A stretch of DNA of 35,680 nucleotides from an uncultured delta proteobacterium (lineage in GTDB: Bacteria; Myxococcota_A; UBA9160; UBA4427), in assembly GCA_963822965.1 (NCBI GenBank), contig CAWGJT010000016.1, positions 1 to 35,680 on the forward strand, given 5' to 3'. The notes under the pieces were generated by a model. It had not been told where the DNA came from. It did not search any database and saw only the letters and a list, made by a program, of their open reading frames with translations. Shown here piece after piece: positions 18,393 to 27,505 of this stretch (its first letter is position 1; each line of letters begins with the position of its first letter). The position numbers and the translations under genes were made by a program.

Positions 18393-18988
18393 GGAAGAAA
18401 TTCCTCGGACGCTTGCGGCGGGGACCTGGCCGCCCCAAGTGGCGCTTCTCTCTCCGGCTCGCCTTGCGGATCGTAGCGGCGGCGTGCGCGCCCTCAAGCT
18501 GTCGTCGCGGCAGGGCCCGGAAATCCATGATCCCCGGCCCGTCGAGCGCAATCGGGGCTGCATCTGCATCCGGACACCGTCCGAGGTGCCTGCAGGCCCG
18601 GGGACGAGCGCCGGGCCATCCCGCCGCCAGGCCGGGGCTCGCCGCCTGGCGCCTCTCGAATCCTCCCTCGTGCGGTTCCGGTGATGGCCGCACCGGCGCC
18701 GTCGGCTGGCTGCCGGGCCGGACTGCCAATCGCCGACCGATGTGGTACTCGTTCCCCCCGCGAAGGGTCACCCTGCCGAGCCTTGAGCTCGTCGTCCGCT
18801 CTCGACGCAGCGGAGCGGGGTGGGGGGCGCACGATCGCACGGCCCGTGTCGGCCTCGTAGCATCCTCGCGTCGCGAGGGCTTGGGCCGCCTGGCATCTCG
18901 GTGGATCCCCGTCACCCCCCAGCGAGACGCCGCTGGCCGTAGCGAAGGCGCAGACCTGGGCGCGACCCGTGTCCGGGCGGAGACGACT

Positions 18989-21478
18989 GTGAGCGAGCGG
19001 AGCAGCAAGGGGAAGGCGCCGCGCCGCAAGGCTGCGCCGAAGAAGGGACCGGCGGCGACCCGCGCCGAGGGTGGCGCCGGCACGTCGGCTGCCCACCGGA
19101 GCCCCCGCACGAAGCAGGCCAGGGCCCGCGCGGAGGCGATTCCCGGGAAGAAGGCCGCAGCGAAGCCCGTCCTGAAGAAGACCGCCGTGAAGAAGACCGC
19201 CGTGAAGAAGAAGGCCGTGAAGAAGAAGGCCGTGAAGAAGAAGGCCGTGAAGAAGAAGAAGGTCGTGGTGAAGAAGAAGACCGCCGTGAGGAAGAAGGCC
19301 GCGGCGAAGAAGACGCCCCTGTCGAAGAAGCTCGCCGCGACGAAGAAGGCCGCCTCCAGCAGGACGGCCGTGAGCTCCGCGAAGGCCGCGGCGACCCGGA
19401 AGACCGCCTCCAGGAAGAAGACCGTGTCGAAGCGCGAGACCGGCTCGTCGAACGAGGCGACCGTTTCGTCGGCCGCGGTCGTGTCCGGGGAGCTGGCCGC
19501 TCCGCCCGATACGATCGCCGCGCAGTCGAGCACGATCCCCACCCCGCCGCAGCCCGCCGGCCTCGAGGAGGCCGCGAGGGCCTTCGGCTTCGAGCAGCTG
19601 CGTCCCGAGCAGGAGGCGGTGCTCGAGCACGTGCTCCAGGGCGGCGACGCATTGGTCGTGCTGCCCACGGGCTTCGGCAAGTCGGCCTGCTACCAGGTGC
19701 CATCGCTGCTGCTTCCACGGCCGGTGGTGGTGGTATCTCCCCTGCTGGCCCTGATCGAGGACCAGGTCGAGACCCTCAAGCGTCGGGGCATCCCGGTGGT
19801 GCGCTTCGATGGCACGGTTCGAGGTGCCGCGCGACGGCAGGCGATGGAGCGGATCCGTGCGGGCGGCCCGCTCCTCGTGATGACGACGCCCGAAACGTTC
19901 GGCGGAGACGAGCTGCTCGTCGCGCTGCACGAGAGCGGCATCTCGCTCCTGGCCATCGACGAGGCGCACTGCGCGTCGGAGTGGGGACACGACTTCCGTC
20001 CCGCCTACCTGCGCCTGGGTACCCTCGTCGAACGCTACGGGCGTCCGCCGGTGATGGCGCTCACCGCGACCGCCACCGCCGCCGTGCGCAAGGACCTGAA
20101 GCGGATCCTCGATCTTCGCGAGCCGCTCGAGATCGTGGAGTCGCCGAATCGCCCGAACCTCGCCTTCGACGTGATCGAGTGCGCCGGGGATGCGCGCTTG
20201 CGTGCGCTCGGGCGGCTCATGCTCCGCCTGCGCCGGCCCGGGATCGTCTATTGCTCGACCACGCGGGATGTGGACACGGTCTACGGCGCGCTCCAGGGGA
20301 TGCAGATCCCGTCGAACCGCTATCACGGCGGCATGGGCGGAGGGGATCGCCGCGCCCAGCAGGAAGAGTTCATGCGCCGCGGCCGGCGCAACGTCATGGT
20401 CGCCACCAGCGCCTTCGGGCTCGGCATCGACAAGCGTGACTTCCGCTACGTCGTCCACTTCCAGACGCCGGCTTCGATCGAGCAGTACGTGCAGGAGGCG
20501 GGACGCGCCGGGCGCGACGGCCAGCGCGCGCACTGCATCCTGCTCCACGACCCGGCCGATCGGCGCATCCACGAGTTCCTGCTCGGGCAGAGTCGGACGA
20601 GCCCGCCGCAGCTCTTCCAGGTGGCGAGCGCCCTGGCCGCCTACGTCGCGGAAGAGAGAGAGCCGGACACGCTCGACCTGGCTGCGTCGTCGCGGGTGCC
20701 CCAGCGTGTCACCGCGGCGGTCGTCGCGATGTTCGAGTCTGCGGGGCTCGTCCGGATCGGGTCGGAGAAGACCATCGAAGCCCTGGTCTCGCACGACGAG
20801 CTGGTGCAGCACGCCCGGCGTCTGAGTCAGCAGCTCCGCACGCTGCGCGAGCAGGACTCCGCCCGGCTCGACGCCATGGAGCGATACGCCATCGCGGAGC
20901 GATGTCGCGCGGAGCTGCTGGGGGAGTACTTCGGGATCCCGGTCGCTCACGATTGCGGCGTCTGCGATGTGTGTCGTCGCGCACCGAGCCGTCCGGTCTC
21001 GTTCTTCGAGCCGATCCGCAAGAAGAGGGCTGGAACCCGAAAGAAGCGGTCCCGCAAGAAGGGAGCCGCCGGCAAGCGAGGTCGTGGCAAGGGGGCTCCC
21101 GATCGCGAGAAGGAAGAGAAGGAAGTTCTGGAGGGCGGGGATCGTGAGAAGAGACCCCGCAAGCGGGGAGCTCGCAGGAGGGGGGGCCGCTCGAAGAGAG
21201 CGCAAGACGGAGCCCGCCCGAAGAGAGCGAACGACGGAGCCCGCGAGGAGGGGGGGCGCGACGGAGCCCGCGCGAACGGAAGCGCGCGAAGGAGCCCGCG
21301 CGAACGAAGGGCGCGAAGGAGCCCGCGACAAGGCTCCCCGCAGGAGGCGAGGTCGCAGAAGGGGATCCCGCAGACCGGGCGCGCGCAGGAGGGGCGGCCG
21401 CGGAGGCGGCAAGCGCGAGCAGGAAGGCGGAGAGCGGGGGGCACCGGAGCAGCCGTCCGGACAGTGAAGCGTGCGTAG
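18989..21478 (+). CDS. recQ: RecQ-family ATP-dependent DNA helicase with Lys/Ala-rich N-terminal and Arg/Gly-rich C-terminal tails (true stop probably 21467)
   Basis: LPTGFGKSACYQ, VVSPLLALI, IDEAHCASEWGHDFRPAY, ALTATAT, GIVYC, YHGGM, VATSAFGLGIDK, YVQEAGRAGRDG, Zn site CR..LLGEYFG..CGVCDVC; GGAG RBS before GTG 18989; no HRDC domain seen. Confidence 0.93.
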   Translation: MSERSSKGKAPRRKAAPKKGPAATRAEGGAGTSAAHRSPRTKQARARAEAIPGKKAAAKPVLKKTAVKKTAVKKKAVKKKAVKKKAVKKKKVVVKKKTAVRKKAAAKKTPLSKKLAATKKAASSRTAVSSAKAAATRKTASRKKTVSKRETGSSNEATVSSAAVVSGELAAPPDTIAAQSSTIPTPPQPAGLEEAARAFGFEQLRPEQEAVLEHVLQGGDALVVLPTGFGKSACYQVPSLLLPRPVVVVSPLLALIEDQVETLKRRGIPVVRFDGTVRGAARRQAMERIRAGGPLLVMTTPETFGGDELLVALHESGISLLAIDEAHCASEWGHDFRPAYLRLGTLVERYGRPPVMALTATATAAVRKDLKRILDLREPLEIVESPNRPNLAFDVIECAGDARLRALGRLMLRLRRPGIVYCSTTRDVDTVYGALQGMQIPSNRYHGGMGGGDRRAQQEEFMRRGRRNVMVATSAFGLGIDKRDFRYVVHFQTPASIEQYVQEAGRAGRDGQRAHCILLHDPADRRIHEFLLGQSRTSPPQLFQVASALAAYVAEEREPDTLDLAASSRVPQRVTAAVVAMFESAGLVRIGSEKTIEALVSHDELVQHARRLSQQLRTLREQDSARLDAMERYAIAERCRAELLGEYFGIPVAHDCGVCDVCRRAPSRPVSFFEPIRKKRAGTRKKRSRKKGAAGKRGRGKGAPDREKEEKEVLEGGDREKRPRKRGARRRGGRSKRAQDGARPKRANDGAREEGGRDGARANGSARRSPRERRARRSPRQGSPQEARSQKGIPQTGRAQEGRPRRRQARAGRRRAGGTGAAVRTVKRA
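19175..19303 (+). repeat. 15-bp coding tandem repeat encoding KK(T/K)AV (histone H1-like)
   Basis: AAGAAGA(CC/AG)GCCGTG, five consecutive copies at 19175-19249, followed by degenerate copies. Confidence 0.95.
21209..21326 (+). repeat. 27-bp coding repeat (GAR-x6), 5 copies, in the RecQ C-terminal tail
   Basis: GGAGCCCGC at 21209, 21236, 21263, 21291 and 21318 (spacing 27, 27, 28, 27). Confidence 0.85.
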
Positions 21479-21562
21479 ACGAGGAGCCCGGGTCTTCGCG
21501 CTCGAGCCGTGCGCCGACTACGCGAAGGTCGCCGCCGCGGGGCCGGCACGGCGGAGGAGGCC

Positions 21563-22406
21563 ATGAGCGACACCAGCGAGAGCCGATCGATCGACACCGG
21601 AACCGAGCACCTGCTGGCGCGGGTCGAGGACGGGGTCGCCACCCTGACCCTGAACCGTCCGGAGCGCCGCAACGCGCTGTCCACACCGATGCTCCGCGCC
21701 CTGCGCGAGACGCTCCACGAGCCTCGAGCGAGACCCCGACGTTCGCTGCATCGTGCTGACGGGCGCGGGCGGCGCCTTCTGTGCGGGGGGCGACGTGAAG
21801 GGCATGGCCGAGGCTCCGCGCTCCGGCGAGCGGCGACGCAGCCTCGACGAGACGATCCACCTCCAGCGGCTCGATCAGCGCGGCACCGCCGGCAAGCTCT
21901 ACGAGATGCCCAAGCCCACGATCGCCATGCTTCCCGGGGCCGCCGCCGGTGCCGGACTCTCGCTCGCCCTGGCGTGCGACCTGCGGATCGCCTCGGAGAC
22001 GGCGATCCTGACCACCGCGTTCGCCAACGTCGGCTTCAGCGGGGACTACGGCGGGACCTTCTTCATGGCACGGCTCGTCGGCGGGGCCCGCACGCGCGAG
22101 CTCTACTTCCTGCCCGACAAGATCGACGCGGCCACTGGCCTGGGCCTGGGCCTGCTGAGCCGTGTCGTTCCCGCTGACGCGCTCGAGCGCGAGACGCGGC
22201 AGCTCGCCACGCGCCTCGCCCACGGACCCAGCATCGCGTATCGCTACATGAAGGAGAACATCAACCGCGCCCTCTCCGGCGCGAGCCTGGACGAGTGCCT
22301 CGACCTCGAAGCGACCCATCACGTCCACACCGCCCTGACCGAAGACCACCGCAACGCGGTCCAGGCCTTCGTCGAGAAGCGCGCGCCCGAGTTCAAGGGA
22401 CGCTAG
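21563..22406 (+). CDS. Enoyl-CoA hydratase/isomerase family protein (frameshift near 21720)
   Basis: GGAGGAGG RBS; VATLTLNRPERRNALS, then in the next frame VLTGAGGAFCAGGDVK, PKPTIAMLPGAAAGAGLSLALACDLRIA, AFVEKRAPEFKGR. Confidence 0.95.
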
Positions 22407-22598
22407 TGCCCTGTGCCAGAAGTTCGCTGTCGAAGTCGACGCTCCTTCGATCTGTCTCGGCAGGCACCGAGGACGCTCCCGCGGCCCGCTGCCAAGGCGC
22501 GCCCGAGGCATAGCCGCGCTACGGCGACGGGAGCGCAACGCAGGCCGCGGGCCGCGGGGGCGGCCGAATGCAAGCGAACTTCTGGGACAGGACACTAG
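22403..22598. mobile_element. MITE-like element B (about 190 bp), CTAG/TA-bounded, IS630-like ends
   Basis: CTAGTGCCCTGTGCCAGAAGTTCGCT (22403-22428) and AGCGAACTTCTGGGACAGGACACTAG (22573-22598) are inverted repeats with 2 mismatches in 26; nested perfect stem CCCGCGGCCCGC (22478-22489) / GCGGGCCGCGGG (22547-22558); the left TAG is the stop codon of the upstream gene. Confidence 0.8.
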
Positions 22599-22815
22599 GA
22601 TCCGCCCGGCGCTCGTTCGGGTCGCAGCGCGGGCTCGTGACGAGCGCTGCGCCTTTTGGTCCGTGCCGCGATTCGAGCCCGATACCAGGATCTCGTGGCA
22701 ATGAGGTCGTCGCGCTCGGGCCGACTCCGGCGATCTCGCACGCTCCGCAAGGGCTGGCAGGGTCCAGGGCACGCGGGAAGCGCGCTGGATGTCGCTTTGG
22801 GGCTAGACTCGCCGC

Positions 22816-23361
22816 ATGGGCAAGCGCTACGACGAGATCGACGACCGGCTGCGCGGGTTCATCGCCGCCCAGCGCATGTTCTTCGTGGCCAGCGCGCCGA
22901 GTGCGGACACGGGCCACGTCAACTGCTCGCCGAAGGGGCTCGACACGTTCCGCGTGCTGAGCGCGCGGGAGGTCGCGTACCTCGATTTCGTGGGGAGCGG
23001 CATCGAGACGATCGCGCACCTGCGTGAGAACGGGCGCATCGTGCTGATGTTCTGTGCGTTCGAAGGCCCGCCCAAGATCGTGCGCCTGCACGGAGAGGGC
23101 AGGGTGATCGAGCCTGGCGACGCGGAGTTCGCGGCGCTGCGTGCGCGCTTCGCGCCCGCGGAGGGCGTGCGCGCGATCGTGCACGTCGCCCTCACGCGCA
23201 TCAGCGACTCGTGCGGCTACGGTGTTCCGAGATACCGGTACGAGGGCGAACGCGACCAGCTCCGGGCCTGGGTGCAGCGCAAGGGGGAGGCTGGGCTCGA
23301 GGCGTACAAGCGCGAAGAGAACGCCGAGAGTATCGACGGCATCCCCGGGCTGCGCGGCTGA
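22816..23361 (+). CDS. Pyridoxamine 5'-phosphate oxidase family (FMN-binding split barrel) protein
   Basis: FIAAQRMFFVASAP, VNCSPKG, YLDFVGSGIETIAHLRENGRIVLMFCAFEGPPKIVRLHG, DSCGYGVP, NAESIDGIP. Confidence 0.93.
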   Translation: MGKRYDEIDDRLRGFIAAQRMFFVASAPSADTGHVNCSPKGLDTFRVLSAREVAYLDFVGSGIETIAHLRENGRIVLMFCAFEGPPKIVRLHGEGRVIEPGDAEFAALRARFAPAEGVRAIVHVALTRISDSCGYGVPRYRYEGERDQLRAWVQRKGEAGLEAYKREENAESIDGIPGLRG

Positions 23362-23395
23362 GGGCTCCTGCTCGGCTTCTTCTCCGCCGGTGGCG

Positions 23396-24654
23396 TCACG
23401 GGCACTCGGGCAGGCACTCCGAGCAACGAGAAGAACGTGGTGAAGACGTTGTCCGCGTAGCAGTTGCCGTGGTCTCCGAGCGTGAGCAGCCCCAGGTCGC
23501 TCGCCGCGAACGCGAAGGGGTCGCTCGGGTCGGGGTTCGTCCCGTTGTTCGAGAGCTCGTTGCCCACGATCTCGTTGCCCGTGGCCTCGTTGTCCGCCAC
23601 GAAGCCCGGCGACACGTCGGGATCCACCGAGCAGTCGAAGGGGCCGCCGAGCACCGCGGCGCAGTAGTCGACCACGGCGATGCCGATGAAGTCGTTGTCC
23701 TCGACGACGTTGCCGCTGATCAGCGAATCGTCGACGCCCACGTGGAGGATGCCCGTGCCCGAGGGCACGGTGGACAGGATCGCCCCCTCCCGGGCGGAGT
23801 TCGGCCGATTGTTGGCCACCACAGGTTGTCCCGGATCGTGATGCGCTGGGCGTCCGGCCGCACGTGGAAGATGTCGGGCAGGAACAGATTCGCGATCCCG
23901 ATGGTGTTGCCCCGAATCTCGTTGTGGGCGACCAGGATGTCGTCGCTGTTCGAGATCTCGAAGCCGTTCACGTTGTCCTGGACGAGGTTGTGCGTCGACC
24001 TTCACGTTCTCGCGAGGTCTCCATCCAGATGCCACTGTCGTCGGCGCCCACCGCGCTGCTGCGGGTGATGATCCCGTTCTTCGACGACACCGGGAAGATC
24101 CCGTAGTTCTTGTTGCCCACGGAGTGGACGTCGACGATCGCGAAGCCGTCGACGCCTCTCGCGAAGAAGCCGTTGTTCTCGAAGTCCTTGATGGTGATGC
24201 CGGCCACCGTGAGGCCGTAGATCGTCGGCGTATCCGACATGGAGCTCGCGTCCACACCCGGAAGCAGATCGAAGGGCGGAGCCAGGCTCGAGTGGCAGCT
24301 CATGCAGTCGCTGTGCTCGGCGGGCACCGCGGCGATCCCGTTGCGCTGGCCGCCGGCGTTCTCGAGCACCACCTTCCGGCGGTGCGTCGAGAGCCCGATG
24401 AGGTGGATGCCCTGCGTGATGTTGAGGCCGTTCATCGAGTCCGCGGTCTCGTGATAGACGCCGGGCAGGACGAAGACCCAGCCGCCCGGTCTGGCCTTGT
24501 CGACGGCGTCCTGGATCGAACGGCCGGGCCACACCACCTGGAGGAAGCGCCCGCCGTAGCCGGACGCGAGGGCCGGCGGCGCGGCGAGCAGGACGAGGGC
24601 GCCGAGGAGGGCGGCCAGGCAGGCGGTGGAGCGGATCCGGGTCGAGAGCGGCAT
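23396..24654 (-). CDS. Secreted right-handed parallel beta-helix protein with a CXXCH motif (frameshifts near 24020, 23825 and 23410)
   Basis: Signal peptide; PGRSIQDAVDKARPG..VFVLPGVYHE cap; repeats FENNGFF, GNKNYGIFP, ADDSGIW, NVNGFEISNS, NEIRGNTIGI, NVVEDNDFIGI; DCMSCH at 24292-24309; probable end LPECP-stop at 23396. Confidence 0.85.
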
Positions 24655-24938
24655 GGGGAATCCTCCGAATCAGCGGATCTCCAGCATACGACGAGGCGCG
24701 CTCGCACGGGAAGCTTCTTCTGGCACCGCCCGCTTCACCTTGTGGCGGCGTTCTTCCTGCGGACCGCCGTCGGCGGGACCGGGCGTCGAAAACGGTCGAG
24801 TCGGGGCCGAGGACCTGCCGCAGGTCCCCCATGGGGCCGCTGCCACGAGCGTTTCGGCGGGCCGCTACGTTGTGCGGCGCCTCGCGCGACCACCGGTCGC
24901 CAGGCTGGGGGGTGGGAGCTTCCGTGCCGCGTCGATCC

Positions 24939-25793
24939 ATGCCGCGCCGCAGGCGACGGGGCGTCGGCCTCGCCGGACGCCTGCGCCGTCTGCTCTCCCG
25001 AGTCGCACGCGTCTGGCCGAGTGCTCGGCAGCGCCGCCGCGGGTGGCGCGCCTTCCGGCGCGCGCCGAGGTCGGTGCAGGTCGCTGCGGGCGTGGCACTG
25101 CTGGCGCTGCTGTGGATCACGGCCAACGGCGTCTATCAGGTGATCCGCAAGCCCACGGAGCTCTTCTTCCCCGTGAGCGGCACGCTCTACAAGACGCCGT
25201 CCCAGACCTGGAGCGCCTATGGGCCGCTCTTCCGACGGCACGCGACGGAGGCGATCCCCGCGGAGCTCCTCGCGGCGCTGGCGCAGGTGGAGGGCTCGGG
25301 CAACCCGGTGGTGCGCACCTACTGGCGCTGGTCGTGGCGCACCCACCCGTTCGAGGTGTATCGGCCGGCGTCGAGCGCCGTCGGGATGTACCAGATCACC
25401 GACGGCACGTTCGAGCGGGCGAAGCGCTACTGCATCCACGATCACGTGGTGGTCGAGGAGGGGCCGTGGTACGCCTGGCGCTCGTGCTGGCTCAACGAGC
25501 TCTACTTCCGGGTGGTGCCGAGCCACGCCGTCGAGCTCACGTCCGCATTCCTCGATCGCGCCGTGACGGACACGCTGGCGCGCCATCGCGTCCGCGCAGC
25601 CACCCGCGAGCAGAAGGAGGCCCTCGCCGCCGGCATCCACCTGTGCGGGACCGGCTGGGGCGACGGCTACGTCCGGCGCGGCTTCTCGCTCGCGCCCGGC
25701 GCGCGCTGCGGGGACCACGACGCCCGTGGCTACATCGCCCGCGTCGACGCCATGAAGCGCGTGTTCACGAGGCTCGCGGGCCGCGATCGGTAG
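24939..25793 (+). CDS. Lytic transglycosylase (SLT domain) protein with an N-terminal TM anchor
   Basis: Basic N-terminus, TM VAAGVALLALLWITANGVY, IPAELLAALAQVEGSGNP (catalytic Glu), SSAVGMYQITDGTF, GYIARV. Confidence 0.8.
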   Translation: MPRRRRRGVGLAGRLRRLLSRVARVWPSARQRRRGWRAFRRAPRSVQVAAGVALLALLWITANGVYQVIRKPTELFFPVSGTLYKTPSQTWSAYGPLFRRHATEAIPAELLAALAQVEGSGNPVVRTYWRWSWRTHPFEVYRPASSAVGMYQITDGTFERAKRYCIHDHVVVEEGPWYAWRSCWLNELYFRVVPSHAVELTSAFLDRAVTDTLARHRVRAATREQKEALAAGIHLCGTGWGDGYVRRGFSLAPGARCGDHDARGYIARVDAMKRVFTRLAGRDR

Positions 25794-26089
25794 GCGCCGT
25801 CCCGGCCCGGAGTATGATGATCCTCGCCCCCGCTCCGGGGACACCCGAAGCGGGGGCGGAGAGCGCCGGGAGCTGGAACGGGCCGGGACCTGGAAGGGGG
25901 AAGCGACAGTCCATGACGCTGGCACGCTCCGGCCGTCGGACAGGCGCTCTCGTGGCGCTGGCTCCGTTCGTCGTCGCGGCGCCGGCTGCAGCGGGTCCGA
26001 CTGCCCGGCCGTCACGACGGTGGACTCGCGCGGACGGCTGGGCGCGGTAGCCTCGGGGGTGCCTCCCGCCCGGTCTTCCAGGAGCAGTC

Positions 26090-27364
26090 ATGAGTGAACC
26101 CACCGCAACCCGAACGCCGTCCCTGGGGCAGGCCGGTCGGGATCCCTACACGATTCCCCTCGACCGGATCGACGTGTCCGATCCGGAGCTCTTCGAGACC
26201 GACACGCTCTGGGGCTACTTCGAGCGCCTGCGCAGGGAAGCCCCGGTCCACTACTGCGCCGACAGCCCGGACGGGCCCTTCTGGTCGGTGACGAAGTTCG
26301 ACGACATCGTCTACGTGGAGAAGCACCCCGAGATCTTCTCGTCCGAGCCGACGATCGTGATCCCCGATCCCGACCCCGAGTTCCCGCTGCAGGCGGGCTT
26401 CATCAGCATGGACGGTGCCCGCCACCAGGCGCACCGCCAGGTCGTGCAGCCCGTCTCGTCGCCTCGCAATCTCAAGAAGCTCGAGCCGGTGATCCGCGAA
26501 CGGGTGGTCGACATCCTGGAGGGCCTGCCGAAGGGCTCCACCTTCGACTGGGTCGACCGGGTGTCGATCGAGCTCACGACCGGCATGCTGGCCACGATGT
26601 TCGACTTTCCCTGGGAGGAGCGGCGCCGGCTCACCTACTGGTCCGACATGGCGACCTCGAGCGACGATCAGCTGGCCGACATGGGCCTGGCTCCGGAGGA
26701 GCGTGAGAAGGCGCTGCGCGAGTGTCTCGACGTGTTCACGCGGCTGTGGAAGGAGCGCGAGAACGACCCGGGCCGCGGCAGCCTGGACTTCGTGACGGCC
26801 CTCGCCAACGCCGAGGCGACGAAGGGGCTGAGCCCGCTCGAATACCTCGGAACGCTGGTGCTGCTCATCGTCGGCGGCAACGACACCACCCGAAACTCGA
26901 TCACCGGCGGCGTCCTCGCGCTGAACGAGAATCCGGCGGAGTACGAGAAGCTGCGCGAGAACCCGGGCCTGATTCCGAACATGGTGAACGAGATCATCCG
27001 CTGGCAGACGCCCCTCGCCTACATGCGGCGGACGGCGACCTGCGACACCGAGCTGGGTGGGCAGCCGATCCGGCGAGGCGACCGGGTGGTCATGTGGTAC
27101 GTCTCGGGCAACCGGGACGAATCGGTGATCGAGCGGGCGAACGAGTTCCGGATCGACCGCAAGGAGTCCAAGCAGCACCTGTCGTTCGGCTGGGGTGTGC
27201 ACTTCTGCATGGGAAGCCGGCTCGCCGAGATGCAGCTTCGCGTCGTGTGGGAAGAGGCGATGAAGCGCTTCCGGAAGGTCGAAGTGGTAGGCCCGCCGGT
27301 CCGCGTCCGCTCGAGCTTCGTGAAGGGCTTCGCGAAGCTGCCGGTGCGCGTCCATCCCTGGTGA
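26090..27364 (+). CDS. Cytochrome P450, CYP153-like
   Basis: AGGAG RBS; FERLRREAPVHYC, GPFWSVTK, FISMD, LLIVGGNDTTRNS (I helix), EIIRWQTPLAYMRR, HLSFGWGVHFCMG heme ligand. Confidence 0.95.
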   Translation: MSEPTATRTPSLGQAGRDPYTIPLDRIDVSDPELFETDTLWGYFERLRREAPVHYCADSPDGPFWSVTKFDDIVYVEKHPEIFSSEPTIVIPDPDPEFPLQAGFISMDGARHQAHRQVVQPVSSPRNLKKLEPVIRERVVDILEGLPKGSTFDWVDRVSIELTTGMLATMFDFPWEERRRLTYWSDMATSSDDQLADMGLAPEEREKALRECLDVFTRLWKERENDPGRGSLDFVTALANAEATKGLSPLEYLGTLVLLIVGGNDTTRNSITGGVLALNENPAEYEKLRENPGLIPNMVNEIIRWQTPLAYMRRTATCDTELGGQPIRRGDRVVMWYVSGNRDESVIERANEFRIDRKESKQHLSFGWGVHFCMGSRLAEMQLRVVWEEAMKRFRKVEVVGPPVRVRSSFVKGFAKLPVRVHPW

Positions 27365-27505
27365 GGCCATCTCCCGCGCCGGCGCGCGTGGAGCCGGGCG
27401 CCGGCCCCGTGGGATCGGTCGCGAGGGGCATGGCGCAGCTGCAGGGCGAGCATCATCCCAAAAGCATCCAAGAGCCGGCCGCGCACTCGCGTGTACAGTG
27501 GATCC

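Noticed and set aside
18393..18988. About 600-bp intergenic region as a possible ncRNA or small gene
   Set aside because: I could not see a recognisable RNA motif, repeat or ORF with convincing codon bias; left unannotated.
18494..21412. 972-aa minus-strand ORF with LLHG repeats, and the Phe-rich N-terminal part of ORF 15514..19680
   Set aside because: Antisense shadows of recQ and its Lys-rich repeat; long stop-free antisense frames are expected at this GC content.
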